DNA of 64,000 bases from Haliotis rubra (Eukaryota), in the NCBI RefSeq assembly GCF_003918875.1, contig NW_025767024.1, positions 558,001 to 622,000 of the forward strand, given 5' to 3'. A program made the position numbers and the translations under genes. A model generated the notes under the pieces. It did no database searches and was not told where the DNA came from. It saw only the letters and a program-made list of their open reading frames with translations. Below are positions 12,701 through 26,031 of the stretch, one piece after another (positions within the stretch are counted from its first letter, which is position 1; the number at the start of each line of letters is the position of its first letter).

Positions 12701-15700
12701 CAATACCCATTCATTTTGGGAATCGAACCCGGCCCTATAAAATATCTGAAATGCCAAACCTTGTGTTTAGAGACAGGGTTCACTGTGCACTGCTCCACTT
12801 TCATGGGGGATATCTCAGACTGGGTGGTCTGCGCCACAAACAGGCTCATATCGGAGAAGCCGCGATGCATCAGCTGTTCTTTAGCTCCACCTTTCCCAAC
12901 CTTGTACCACCGGTGGTAGTTAGCTACAAAAAACATAGAAAAAGCAAATAGTATAGACACGGAGTGCGATATTAGTTGCAGCTTGAAGCGCCCATAAAAT
13001 TACGTGTTTTGACGCATACCACGCTCTCTGGTAATATAAGCGTTACAGCAGACAATGTAAGAAAATGTAGAATCCCGACTATATTACGAGCATGCGTTTG
13101 GGTGTTTGTTTGTTTGTTTATTTAACGCCTCACTCGTCAATATTACAGCTTTATGACTGTGGTCTGTAAATAATCGGGTCTGGGAGAAATTCTTTCCTCC
13201 TTCACAGAAATATGTGCTTACGCATGAGACCTGGGTGCCGTTGCACAAAACAACCTTATCGCTAACACTACCTTGCGTGTATGTTAAGGTATGGGAGTTG
13301 TGGTCACCTTAGCCCTAAGATCGCTTTGTACAACGGCACCCAGATCTCATGCGTAAGCACATATTTCTGTGAAAGAGGAAAGAATTTCCCCCCAGACCCG
13401 ATTATTTACAGATTACTGCTGATTACTGGGTTCACACACCTGTGTTCATTGGGGCGTTGTCTGAGACGTCATACAGTTGTTGGCCAAAGACGTCCTCCTT
13501 CAGATTGGCATTGTAGTTGTTCAAACCGGGAATTTCGCTCATCAGTTCGTCCAGCAGTGTGTAGTTCCTTCCCCTGAAAGACAAACGATATATGAAGAAA
13601 GATTTATGACATACAAGCTAAAAGTGGACAGAAATCACTCAAGCGGGACCAAAACTTATCTTGGCCCTCTACCGTTGACCTACGATCTACATTTTATTGC
13701 ATGTAAAAGCAGAGGTGCAAAAACAGGAAATTGGTAACAAATGTTAAAAGTCAATAAACAATGTGTTAGTTTTCTATCATGTCATATGTTTTCAAATATC
13801 GATTAAGGGGCATAACATGGAGTCTTACTTGGCGATCTGAACACGAGCATTACTTTCTAAAACCTAAATCTATTCTTGTCAGAAGTCTGCTCAGAAAATT
13901 AATTCAGTCCATTTGTAAACAATCTGTCAATAATTTTGCATCTTTTGGAAGTAATTAAACTTGTTCTTCATGAAACAATCATTGTTGGAGCTTCACCTGG
14001 TGATGGTATTGGTTTGTACAGAATAAACTGTCCCTGTCCCTTACTAAGGTATTTTATTTTTAAGCAAATTGTCAATAATTTTGCATCTGTTGCGATGTTA
14101 GTAAAAGTATTCTATATGAAACAATCCTTGTTGGGGCTTCACCTTGTGATGGTACCGATCTGTAGAGAATATACTAGACCTGTCCCTTAATGATTGGAGC
14201 TGACCAGTACTTTAAACTAGCATGCACTTACTCATCACCATCGAAGAGAGAGAATCGTGCTGCTGGGTCGTGAAGTAACTGGCTCTTGGTCTGACCTCGT
14301 GAAATTCTTGCAGACAGGTCATCTTGGAGATTGAGATACTTCAAGGGAAGGTCTCTAGTCAGAGGATGGCACAGGATGCGATAGTTCCACTGGGCAAACA
14401 CGGGCTGGCCGTTTACCACTTCCATGATTGTAGTCGGGAGGAAGGCGAAGTTCTCCTGGAAGCTCTTGCTCCCCGAGTACGTTGTGAACCTGACCTTTTC
14501 TTGAAGGTCTTCCCAGCTGGTGGCGTCGATGGCGTGCCTGTCGCTGCTGAAGGGCTCTTGGATGTGTGTGGTGTTTTGGGTCCATGCTCCTTCCATGTAA
14601 CACAGGACGGGTTTGAAGTACTTCCGGTAGTCCCGGACGCTGTGGTTCTGATCTTGCCAGGCTTTGAACCATGCTTTCATTTCCGCCACCTGTGACGGAC
14701 AATGATTAAATATACATAGCGACAAAACTATTTGTATCATCCTGAAACCTCTGCCAAACACAGGGCCTGCTGCACGACTCCAAACACGCCATAAACACGT
14801 GTGTGGATCGCCATTAGACATCTAGTCTCTGTGACATTGCATATAAAAGGACACTTATCAAATTATGTTATTGAAATAGAATATATAGGAATTAAGAGAC
14901 ACGTGTCCTTTTCTGGAACTGCAGTAAACCAGACTTGCTTGGGCTGTTTTCGGGATATTTGTTTCAGGGACCTAATGACACACTAGAATTGATAGCAAAC
15001 AGTTATGATACCAGGTGTTCGTGCGCGCGCTCACACACACACACGCACGCACGCACGCGCAAGCCCACACGCACATACAAATACATGCGCAAGAACGAAT
15101 GTGCAGGTCGGAACAATATCGAATTCATTCATTCATTCAATCATACAGGAACACGCGCAAGAGCGTTTACGAACATCGCTACAACATGCTTTTATATTGA
15201 ACCACATCATTCATCCATCCACTCATTCATTCATTCATTCATTCATTCATTCAACGAGATTCAGCTGGCTTTATTATTTAAGTATTTTATTATTTATTAG
15301 AATTTAATTGAAGGATAAATACCAAGAATATTATATTTAACGAACAATGTCCCCATGATACAGCACCCTAAGTAAATATTCTCAAATCACCTGTTCAGGT
15401 AGCGTCTTCTTTGACGTCACTTGTGGTGGTACACTGGGAAACGGAATGTCTTCGGTTGCCCGATAGGCAGCAGATTTCCTACTGGGCATGCGCAGTTTAT
15501 AGTCGTTGTGCCTCGTTCTGAACTCAACACCGTTCATGACCATGTTGACTTCTCCCATTCCTACGGTGCGGTCATAGTTAGCGTGGTCGTGTACAGCAAA
15601 AGCAGTTCTGGAAGGAAAGACATTTATTATTAATACGAATTTACACTTATGCACGTATATACGTATAACCAGCGTGTGCGCTTAGTGGATTTTCTTAAAG

Positions 15701-17742
15701 TGTGGAGATGGGATTTTACTGTTGTATCTACAAGTAGGCTAAGTCCTTATTAAAATACTCTGTCAACAGTAAACAAAAAACACACAAAAACATGTCGCTT
15801 ATTTAATTTTCAACAAACACTGTAGACAGTGGCACGAAAGCAGGGACATTTTTCGGTGCTTTATTACGAAACCGGAGTGAGTGAGTGACATGGCGGCGGT
15901 CTGTAAATAACGGGTCTGGACAAGACATTCCAGTGATCAACAGCATGAGCATCGATCTACGCAATTTGGATACGATGACATGTCAACCAAGTCAGCGAGC
16001 CTGACCACCCACTCCCGTTAGTCGCCTCTTACAAGCAAATGCCAAAATAAAATTTGGTATATGTTAGTGACTAGTACAGAGTTACTTCCCTTCCATGATA
16101 TGCCCATGTCAATGTTGTAAAATGCACAAGGAGGAAGAGAGAGAGGGCAGGAGAGAGGGACACTGAGTGAGTGAGTGAGTGTCCACGATATTTTCACATT
16201 ATAAAGGGATCTGTTTGGTTGACCTACTTGTATGTGTGCGACTCCGAATCATAGGGTCTCGGGCCGTCGTGGTATTGTCTGATCTGTTTGATGCCGGACT
16301 GCCCGTCAGAGCGGATCCTTTCCTCCACGTAGAGCTGCTGTTGTATCATCTGCTGAAGCATGGCCTCCATCTTGACCTTGAAGTTATCCATCCTCACCTG
16401 GAGGTTCCCACGTGGGAAGGGTGTGGTTGTGGTGGTGATGTGTACGCGCGCGTACACACACTCAGCCAAGACCAGCAACACGAAACTGGCGTAGCGTATC
16501 TGGAAACATAAAACACGCCACCGTAAGTTTCTTGCACGGTGCACTTAGGCTTCAAATCCCTGCGTACCCGTGAAGGTCCGGGTTAGAATATTGATCTTCA
16601 GTAACCCATGCTTGTCGTAACAGGCGACTAACGGGATCGGGTGGTCAGGCTCGCTGACTCGGTTGACACATGTCATCGGTTCCTAATTGCGCAGATAGAT
16701 GCTCATGCTGTTGATCACTGGATTGTCTGGTCCAGACTCGGTTATTTACAGACCGCCACCATATAGCTGGAATATTGCTGAGTGCGGCGTAAAACTAAAC
16801 TCACTCACTCAAATCCCTGCATTAACTCTGATCGCCAGATATACAAGACACTTCGTGGGTTCATGAACCAGAGAGAACAGCTTTCTAAAACGATTCGACC
16901 TCAGTTTTCACCACCTCGATTAGGACACTTCAATTTGTATAAATTAAAAAAACACAAACAGAAGATGAAACATCTTTCCATGTTTTTCCAGGTAGATGCC
17001 ATAGCGCATAGAAACGACATGATGTATACGACATGGCGTGAGTGAGCGAGTGACTTGAGTTTTACGCCGCTTTCAGCAATATTCCAGCAATATCACGGCG
17101 GATGGAAACCAGAAATGGGCTTCACACATTGTACCCACGTGGGGAATCGAACCCGGGTCTTCGGCGTGACGAGCGAATGCGTTGACCACTAGACTATCCC
17201 ACCTCTCCTGATGTATTGGAGAATCCACAACGATACACTTATTACTTTTGGAATTTGTCATTTGGTTCATTTTCGAGGCACAGAAATCACGATAAGTACT
17301 CCTGTTTGAATTCAACGGCCTTAGAAAGTGAACAATGTTGCATTGTGTTTCAATCAAGACACGTGATCTTTGTAGAAGCGTATATGATCGATTTGGATCG
17401 ATTGTCAGTTTGTTAAACACTACGTCAGCTTGTAGCTTTGTGCAGCGTTTGTGCAGCGTTAGTGCAGCGTTTGTGCAGCGTTAGTGCAGCGACAAGTCCA
17501 TATCATTTGTTTATTCGGAGCATCACACAGATACTGTGACCTCAGTTCATCCAGTGACTGGCGTCATTTTGGCCGTTCTCACCACAGCCGCGGAGTGATA
17601 CATATGCTGTTCAATGACGTCACTAACTCACTCACTCACTCACACTTGCTAGTCGAGTAACTGAGGCGTTCACTCCTCTCCTAGATGGACGGGATTCGAA
17701 TCCCTGGTGAGTTTACAATGCTTTATCGCCTGTACTTACCAT
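9791..17742 (-). CDS. Uncharacterised secreted protein, paralog 1 (661 aa, 8 coding exons)
   Basis: Exons 17742-17740 (ATG), 16499-16228, 15607-15391, 14689-14232, 13573-13440, 12923-12760, 11681-11196, 10042-9791. All introns GT-AG, phases consistent, total 1986 nt. Hydrophobic N-terminus MIRYASFVLLVLAECVYA; AATAAA at 9763-9758; every exon has a counterpart in paralog 2. Confidence 0.9.
10773..11012 (+). mobile_element. SINE-like family B (~240 bp, no tRNA head)
   Basis: Consensus ACCCGTGAAGATCCGGGTTAGAAT...GTCGTAAGAGGCGACTAACGGG...GGAATATTGCTGAGTGCGGCG. Other copies at about 9113, 15877(-), 18421, 19150(-), 19975, 23693, 33103(-), 38325(-), 38770(-), 39025(-), 41505, 42192, 42904. Confidence 0.85.
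13163..13412. repeat. ~250-bp palindrome centred on a small MITE (13231-13342)
   Basis: Arms 13163-13249 and 13325-13412 are near-perfect reverse complements. Confidence 0.85.
16566..16808 (+). mobile_element. SINE-like family B, full-length with target-site duplication
   Basis: TSD TCAAATCCCTGC at 16552-16563 and 16809-16820. Confidence 0.88.
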
Positions 17743-17960
17743 TGTTGAATCGCTGGTCCAACTACTCTGACCAAGCTCAGTGGTCTTATATAACGTTGTT
17801 CAATCTAAAGACGTCCATTAAGAGATAACCACCAGTTGGTTCCACAATTCCACCCAGTCTGTAGACCTTATCGCCGTCACGAGCACCTGCACGGCTCACA
17901 ACTTCTTTACCATCATTACGCTTCCAGTTATCAAAAGGACTTATCATTTTTCGATAGTGA
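17743..17960 (-). promoter_or_regulatory. 5'UTR and core promoter of paralog 1 (TATA box, GATA-site cluster)
   Basis: Minus-strand TATATAA at 17792-17786, about 45 bp upstream of ATG|GTAAGT; several GATA motifs (AGATAA, TTATCA); near-identical to 34786-35000. Confidence 0.75.
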
Positions 17961-20339
17961 AAAGTTAAGTTTCTACTTTGGTACTTTTGAATTGAAAACC
18001 TTATCTAAATAGATAATTATACAATTGTTGATAGATTGCTAAAACGTGATAAAACATTAAAATTCATGATTAAATTCTTTTCGCGGCATTTCGAAATTAG
18101 TATCAAGGTCCGGTGTGACAGAATTTATATTGAAATTCTTGAGATTCCCAAGCGTATGTTCTTTACATTAACACAAAACGCATTAAAGGAAGTCATCGAA
18201 CGATATCTAAGGCTGCAACATCTGAAATAACACGTGATCTATATATACCATTAACAAAAGTAAAAGATATTCAATAAAATGGCGTCACAACTATCGATAT
18301 TTTATATTTTTAATGAGATAGATAGTGTAACAATATATAGATAGTATGACTGAGATTTGCATAAGTCGTTGAACGTCAGATGACCATAGATTTGGTTAGA
18401 TGATTGCCTTACTGTCCATTGACCCGTGAAGATCCGGTTAAGATTTGATCTTCAATAACCCATGCTTGTCGTAAGAGGCAACTAACGGATCTGGTCCAGA
18501 CTCGATTGTTTACAGACCGCCGCCATACAGCTGGAATACTGCTGAGTGCGGCGTAAAACTAAACTCACACACGTTCACCCTTACTGTCCATCACGTCATT
18601 TACTATTACAAGTCAGTCATTGGTGTCGGGTACGTCAGCCGCTAATCTAAACACATCCCTGATTCGACGAGGCATATTAATAACGCGCCTTTCCAGGCTT
18701 CATACCCTGCTCTAAACTGATTATTATATTATTATTATTATCATTATCCCGGATAACCCAAGCTGCCTTGCGAGGCGCAAGGAGGTTTCATGACTTATCC
18801 CACCGGGGTAAACTATGAATTTTACCCTGACCATGTTCGCGTAACCAAAGGAATTCATAGTTCACGTGAATGTAATAGTCATTTTCTACATCCATATACA
18901 ATCAAACAAACTGGTTCCAAAATAATATCACCCCAAATTGGAATATATCCTACTATTTAAAAATTGTAAACAGACATACAATTGTCCACCATAGGTGAAA
19001 ATACTTTCGAAAATATCAGTGATGATAAAACTGGTACGATAATGTAAGTTCTCTCAATAGCGAACCATATTCCACAATACTCTCTCGAAATTCATTAAAA
19101 TATCCATTGTATGAACTTCAATAGTGAATGGCTACCCAGGTTCCATTAACTTTGTTCGTTGTTGAACGCCAAACTCAGTGATATTACAGCTATATAAAAC
19201 TTTTGTCTGTAAATAATCAAATCTAGACAAGACAATCCAGTGATCAACATCCTGTTAGATTCGCATCGATCTACGAGCATTGGGATTGACATGTAACCCG
19301 GATCAACCAAGTCAGCGAGCGTCGTGCTGACCACCGACGATCGTGTGTTAAGGCAGTCGCCTCTTTTTTATACGAGCATGGGGTGCTGAAGACCGATTCT
19401 AACCCCTTGTTGATCTTCACGGGTAGGGACCCAATAATATTTTAACTCGTTGGCTGGCTATGCTTATAGGCTAAAATGGGAACACTAGACGTTGGAAATG
19501 ATTTGACACCAGAGAAGAAGCATGTAGAGCCCCTTGGGTAAAGATACAACTGTTTCCTATGACATATGGTACAGTGCCCATGTTAACCTGTGTTTCCATA
19601 GATACATGTTCCTGTTACAATCGGAGACGGGAGTGTCTCGCGGTGTGTATAGTTCAGCCAAAACATTATCATGCATTCCGTTAAATCTGATTTCTTCATT
19701 TTATCTCATAAGAACAGAATAACCGAGATTCCAGTTTAACATAATAGCCCACTAAGGCACATATACTGACTTCGCGCTTGTTTCAAACCTGTTATGCGGA
19801 ACGCAAGGTAGCGGAAACAGCGTCTGGTTCGATTCCCGGGTTTGTGATAAAGATGTCGACAGATGGTAGTTGTTGTTGCTACCCAGCCTGGCGCATGAAT
19901 CGGATAACATAGCAACTGGTCAGCATATTTTGTCTGAGTGAAATATTCATGTTAAAATTGTCTGACTGACATTCTAAGGTCCGGGTTAGAATTGAACTTC
20001 AGCAATCCGCCGTAAGAGGCAACTAACGGGATCGGGTGGTCAGGCTCGCTGACTCGGCTGAACCATGCCATCGTATCGATGAACATAGATCGATGTTCAT
20101 GCTGCTGATCACTGGACTGTCTACTCCAGACCCGATTATTTACAGACCGCAGCCATAAAGGTGGAACATTGCTGAGTGTGGCGTTAAACTAAACTCACTC
20201 ACTGTTAAAATCTTTTGAAGAAAGATATTTTATATTTACGCTCTGAATTTACTCAGCAAACCTATTTCAATGTTATTTAAAGTGCTGAATGCAATTGTTT
20301 GGTATAGGACTCGTTGAGTATTCGGTTTATGAGAACATA

Positions 20340-21795
20340 AACTACCGGACAAAAGCAGGTTATTATTTTTGATGTAATTGCATAAAAACCGAAAACGCCG
20401 ATACAGGTTTTCGCAAAAAAGCAACATGGTCCCGATAACAACGCAGCTGTCCGAAAACTTCGTATGAATCGTGCATTTTTCAAATGCTCGTGCATGATTG
20501 TGGCATAAATACCGATGTTGTGTAGAGCAAGCATGCAGCAGCAAAAAATCCACCACGAATATGCCAAGACTTACGCAAGCCCAACGAGACAGGGCGATCG
20601 GTATGTCCAATATGGTGGCTTCACAACGTCAGCAGGCAAGAACCGTCCACTGCAGCCAGGCCACCATCAGGAAATTGGTAAACCAGTGCCAGCAAACAAG
20701 CCAGACCCATGACCGCCCAAAATCGGGAAGACCACGAGTCACGACACCCGTCGAATACTGCTACACCCGGCAGATCCACCTCCGGAACAGATTCGTGACG
20801 GCGACGACAGCACTAGGACACGCCATCAGCAGACGAACAGTCCTTCATCGACTTGGTATGGCTGGTATACGTGCCCTTCAGTGGAATGGCCTTGACCTGT
20901 CTATACCGTCAAGGCAGACTGCAATGCATTATTGGCATGAACTGTACGTCGGTGGCAGCCACGTGACTGGGTGAAAATGCTCTTTACAGATAAAAGTCGG
21001 TTCAGTCGGTTCTGAAACGATGGCAGAGTTCGACTTTTTCGACGTAGAGGAGAACGTCTGGCGCTAAATGCGTTTAGGAAATTCATCCGTTTGATGGAGA
21101 AGGTGACATGGTATTGGTAGGCATTAGTGGCCAGAGAACAGGAATTCTGGTTATCTGAGGAAATCTGAATGCCCATCGATACAGAGCGATACAGTGTTGA
21201 GACCTTTTGTGGTGACCTTTTTTTGACAACAGCCAAGAGGAGTCATTTTGCAGCACGACAACGCAAGGCCTCACGCCGCCAGAATTGTTCGAGAATACCC
21301 GCACAACGTTAACGTCAACGTATTGCCTTGGCCAACGCGTTGTCCAGACATGAACCCATATAACATCTCCGGGATAATCTTGATCGTCAGCTGAGACAGC
21401 GTGAACCACCTCCAGTGAACCGATTGGAACTTGAACAGACTCTCTTGGACTTATGGAACAGCATTCCTGCTGACGTCAACCGTCGACTGATGACGTCAAT
21501 GGCGTGTATGGATGCCCATGTTGGTCACACTCACTATTGATGACGTGTCCCTCTGACTCCTGTTTCATTATATAACTCTATATAACTTTTTGAATGAACT
21601 CTGATTTGTGTAATGTTTAATTTTGACCCCTTGACTTGCGGCAAATGCAGGACCGGCATTACAATGGATTTTCAATCAAATTATTGGAAAATTATTTCTG
21701 TGTGTAAAATCATTATCATAAATGTCACATATACGTCTTTGTTTCTACTTTTTGGTCAAGTGAAATCGGTGATAACTTTCTTTTGCCCGGTAGTT
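20340..21795 (+). mobile_element. Tc1-family DNA transposon, full length, transposase degenerate (20561-21540)
   Basis: TIRs AACTACCGGACAAAAG / CTTTTGCCCGGTAGTT flanked by TA; MPRLT...RAIGM, SGRPRVTT, FTDKSRF, QHDNARPH, PDMNP, GHTHY*; stops and frameshifts. Confidence 0.92.
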
Positions 21796-22068
21796 TACAA
21801 TGATACCGATTAATTACGAGAATGTCATTGTATTTCATCGCAGCACTTAAACCAAAATCGTGCTAACTGCACGACACAGAGTACAGACACAAAACTTTGT
21901 GTTCACACAAGCGTTATTACTTCAGATCATGACTGTCGAAGGGAAACTTGACGTCAAGAATTTGGCTTTTTTAATATCCTCTTTAAGCGTGAAGAACACA
22001 TAGTGTCTAAGATACACTCTATAACAAATAACTATTCTCATCTACAATTCGATTCGGTGAAATCAGCT

Positions 22069-22565
22069 ACATCAACTCCAACGCTAGTTGTTTCATTAGC
22101 TCAGAAGTCAATGATAACTTCACTGAGACGCCAGTGATGACATATTAACTCTAACGCCAATGGTGACGTCAACTACGTCGCCAACGTCGTGGTGACATCA
22201 ACTCCAACGCTAGTTGTTTCATTAGCTCAGAAGTCAATGATAACTTCACTGAGACGCCAGTGATGACATATTATCTCTGACGCCAATGGTGACGTCAACT
22301 ACGTCGCCAGTGGTGACATCAACTCCACATCAACTCCAACGCTAGTTGTTTCATTAGCTCAGAAGTCAATGATAACGTCACTGATGACATCAACGACAAT
22401 GTCAGTGATACATCTACTCCGATGCCAGTGTGACATCAGTTCCGACGTTAGTGTGAGGACATATTAACTCGGACGACAATGGTGACATCAACTCCGGCGC
22501 CAATGATTACATATCAACTCCGACGCCACTGGTGGAATGAACTCCGATGCCCGTGGTGACATCAG
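22069..22565. repeat. Degenerate 24-bp minisatellite with ~125-130-bp higher-order repeat
   Basis: ACATCAACTCCAACGCTAGTTGTTTCATTAGCTCAGAAGTCAATGATAAC recurs at about 22069, 22195 and 22327. Confidence 0.75.
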
Positions 22566-24019
22566 CAATATCTAGCACTGGACTCGACGCCCAACTTCTT
22601 TTGAAGTTAGTTGTTATATCTTCAAATCCAAAAGCACCGGCTCCATCCTCACAGACTGCGAAGTGTGCGACCTCCCTCTCCGTTCTTGCTTGCCGAGATT
22701 CAGGTAATTTTTGGGTGAAACCTTGCCATATACCAGTCTGTCGAAAGCAATTGTGTACTCTGCTGTTTCTTCATACTTTGGACATATACTATAGAAATTG
22801 TATTCTGAAGATTATTCTCTTTTATTACCAAGGTATGCTACGAGAGTACAAGTTTACAAGGGTGGACATGCCATTGCACTCAGAAACGACAAGAGAAGAT
22901 AATTATTCATCTCTGGCATTCGGATTTCCAACATTCAATTCGTGTTTGTGATATCGAAATCAGATGACTTTCTTCTCAATGCTTCGTTTCGACGCTGTTT
23001 GAGACGAATTTTCATCGCACCCTACCTCCTACAGAGGTGCTCTCAGATATCCATCAGGTATACTAAAAGAGTGATAGGTCCCATATTAATGAAACTGGTG
23101 TTGGAAATACTAGCAGTAACGAAGAATACAAGCTATAAAGGTGTACCGCCTGTAGGCTTTACCCTATATCAAAGTGACGCTTTCTGTTATGCACAGCTCA
23201 AATGTGTTGTATAATGCCTAACCCGTGAACAGATTTATTTTACACCGGTAATATTTCCCACGAGGAACTACTTTCTATTACACCGGCAGCGCACGTATAT
23301 CACCTTACTCCACCGTATATGGTCGATACGTACCGTAACAGTAAACATTACTCTCGTTTCCTGACTTCAAGCATTTACAAAATCCATAATCGATTATCGA
23401 CTCTACTATGTATATATTCATTTATTATCGATTAAAATAAATATAAACTCTGAACCAATAAAAAACTTGAGGTGTCGTTTGGGAAGCGACGTCGCTCGGA
23501 CCCACTATACTTATGTCTCGCATAAAATCAACAGTCATTCAAAATATCTGAAATGCACATATCTACATAAAACATGTCTGCCCTCTCCAACATGTCCTAA
23601 GAAGATTATTGTGTCTTTTATGGATTACTGAATATGTAATAAACAATTTTTTAGAACGTAGAACCCATTAAGATCTGGCTTAGAATTGATTGACCCGTAC
23701 ACATCCGGGTTAGCATTAGTCTTCAGTAACCCATGCTTGTCGTTAGGGGCGACTAACATTTCTTTTCAGGCTCACTGATATGGTTTCCATATGACATCGA
23801 CGTCATCGTATCCCAGAGACGAAAATCGATGCTCGTGAAGTCAATCACTGGCACTGGACTGTACGTCTTGTGAATACTCGATTATTGACATATCGCAGTC
23901 CAACGATTGGGCCGTTAAACGAGAACCAAGACTGAGGGGTTCCTATACCATTACGACAAAACAGCCGGGATGTATCGGCGATGCAAGACTCTTATCGTTA
24001 ACCATGCTTACTCGTTTCC

Positions 24020-24540
24020 ACGACCTAAGGGGCATAACTCTCATACCTATTACACAAATCATGCCGCTAAAAATATCATAGCACTGTGATATATTCATGT
24101 TCTAACATGTGAACAAATATTCCTATCGTCGCGTCTACATCGTGAAAGAACAGTGAAATTTGATTGGACAGTTAATTTTTATTCCTCGATCCCATGACCT
24201 AAGGGCCATAACTCTCATGCCTGTTACACAAATCATGCCGCTAAAAATATTGTCTCACTACAAATGATATATTCATGTGCTAAAATCAGAACAAATAATC
24301 CTATCACCCCGTATCCACCGTGAAAGAACAGTGGAATTTGATTGGACGGTTAATTTTTATTCCTCGCTCCCATGACCTAAGGGGCATAACTCTCATGCCT
24401 GTTACCCATAGCATATCGCTAAAAATACGAGCTCACTACATATGATATATAATAATATTAATGTTCTAACATGTGAACAAATAATCCAATCACCGTGTCT
24501 CCATTGTGAAAAAATAGTGAAATTTTATTGGACGGTTAAT
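24020..24540. repeat. ~178-bp tandem repeat (3 units)
   Basis: Units starting CATGACCTAAGGG(G/C)CATAACTCTCAT at about 24020, 24193 and 24371. Confidence 0.85.
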
Positions 24541-26031
24541 TGTTTCGTCATGTCCTGGCCTCGGGTTCAGGGTGGAGATCAGATCCAGGGTAATGGATCC
24601 AACTAAATGGAGATTAAATAGTACACTGGAAACCTAAATGCGGTGTACCAACTCACCCCGTCACAAATAATGATCAGTCGCGCTGCTTGAAAGTACACAT
24701 GTCGAGCAAATGTCAAACCATGAAGCAAAATACCAAAGGCAGGTGAGGACTTGCAATGAAGGTCGGGTCGACATAATGTTATTTTATCTAAATCCGAAAC
24801 AACATACAGTATTGACACTCGCCAGCATGCGAGAACGCACACAAAACATTTCTTCAACCGGAACTATAAAGGCCGCCAGTTTTTCGATTACATTACATCA
24901 GATTGTATTCAGTGTTAATATACACAGCAGACAACGTTAAAACATGAAGAGCGGAGAAGTACAATCTGCGTGGAGATTGTGTTCAAACGATAAATATTAA
25001 AAGAATACTGATGATCCGGTTGATTTACTTCTGACTGCCTGTTATTGAAAGTGTTGTGTATCCTGGTAGAACATCCGAGCCTTGACAAGATGTCATAATG
25101 GTTTGTCATTTTTTTCCGTGGTATGGACTACTTTTTTCCAACGCGGATGTAGCAATAAGGACTTTGTGTTGTCCGACTCATGTTATTTCAGTGTGATGTG
25201 AGTGATTACTGAGTGACGTTTTACGCCACTAACAAGGGACATTATAACGTGGGTTTTTCTAGTATTGCCACTCGAACCAAGGGAAGCAGGTTTCCATCAC
25301 ATTAGTACCGAGTGACCTTGTTCTTGAAAGGAGGTTACATTTTATCGAAAAGTCACAGTGACCCCTCTTTATGGACTGATCTTTGCATTTAAAAAAATTC
25401 TCTGTTTATAAAGTGTGAACAGTTACGTTAAAACCTTCATCAACGCAATCAATGCACACTGATGTCTAACAAGAAAAAATAATAACTTCAAAGGCTACAT
25501 TTTAAAACTATTCAACCATTCATCGTGTACACACACGCACGCACGCACACACAATGCAATTACTTATATAACCAACACGTTGATAACGAACTGACGAATC
25601 TAAGGATATAGAAAAGCTTCTTTTGGTATAAGGAACACACTCACTCACGCACACATGTACGCACGCTCTCACTCACGCACTCACGTACGCACGCACGCCC
25701 ACACATCGCGGTTCCACCAAGGACGTAAATATCTGCTATCTGCATCAATTTGGGATTCACTCTCGCATCAAGTTGACGCCTTGCTATATCCGGGTCTCCT
25801 TTCACGAAGCAACCTTTACTAAGGTTAACCGTAACTCCCATTCTTTAACACTGCACTAAGGTTACCTTATTGACTTACGATCACCTTAGTGAATCCCATT
25901 TCAGGCGTCCCCCACCGTGATATTGCCTGCCTTTTCCTTAAAACGGCGTAAAAACCCACACTCTCTCACTCCTGTATAAATGTCAACATTTACGTCTTTG
26001 CATGCACTTTATTCAGAACTTTAAGAGGACG

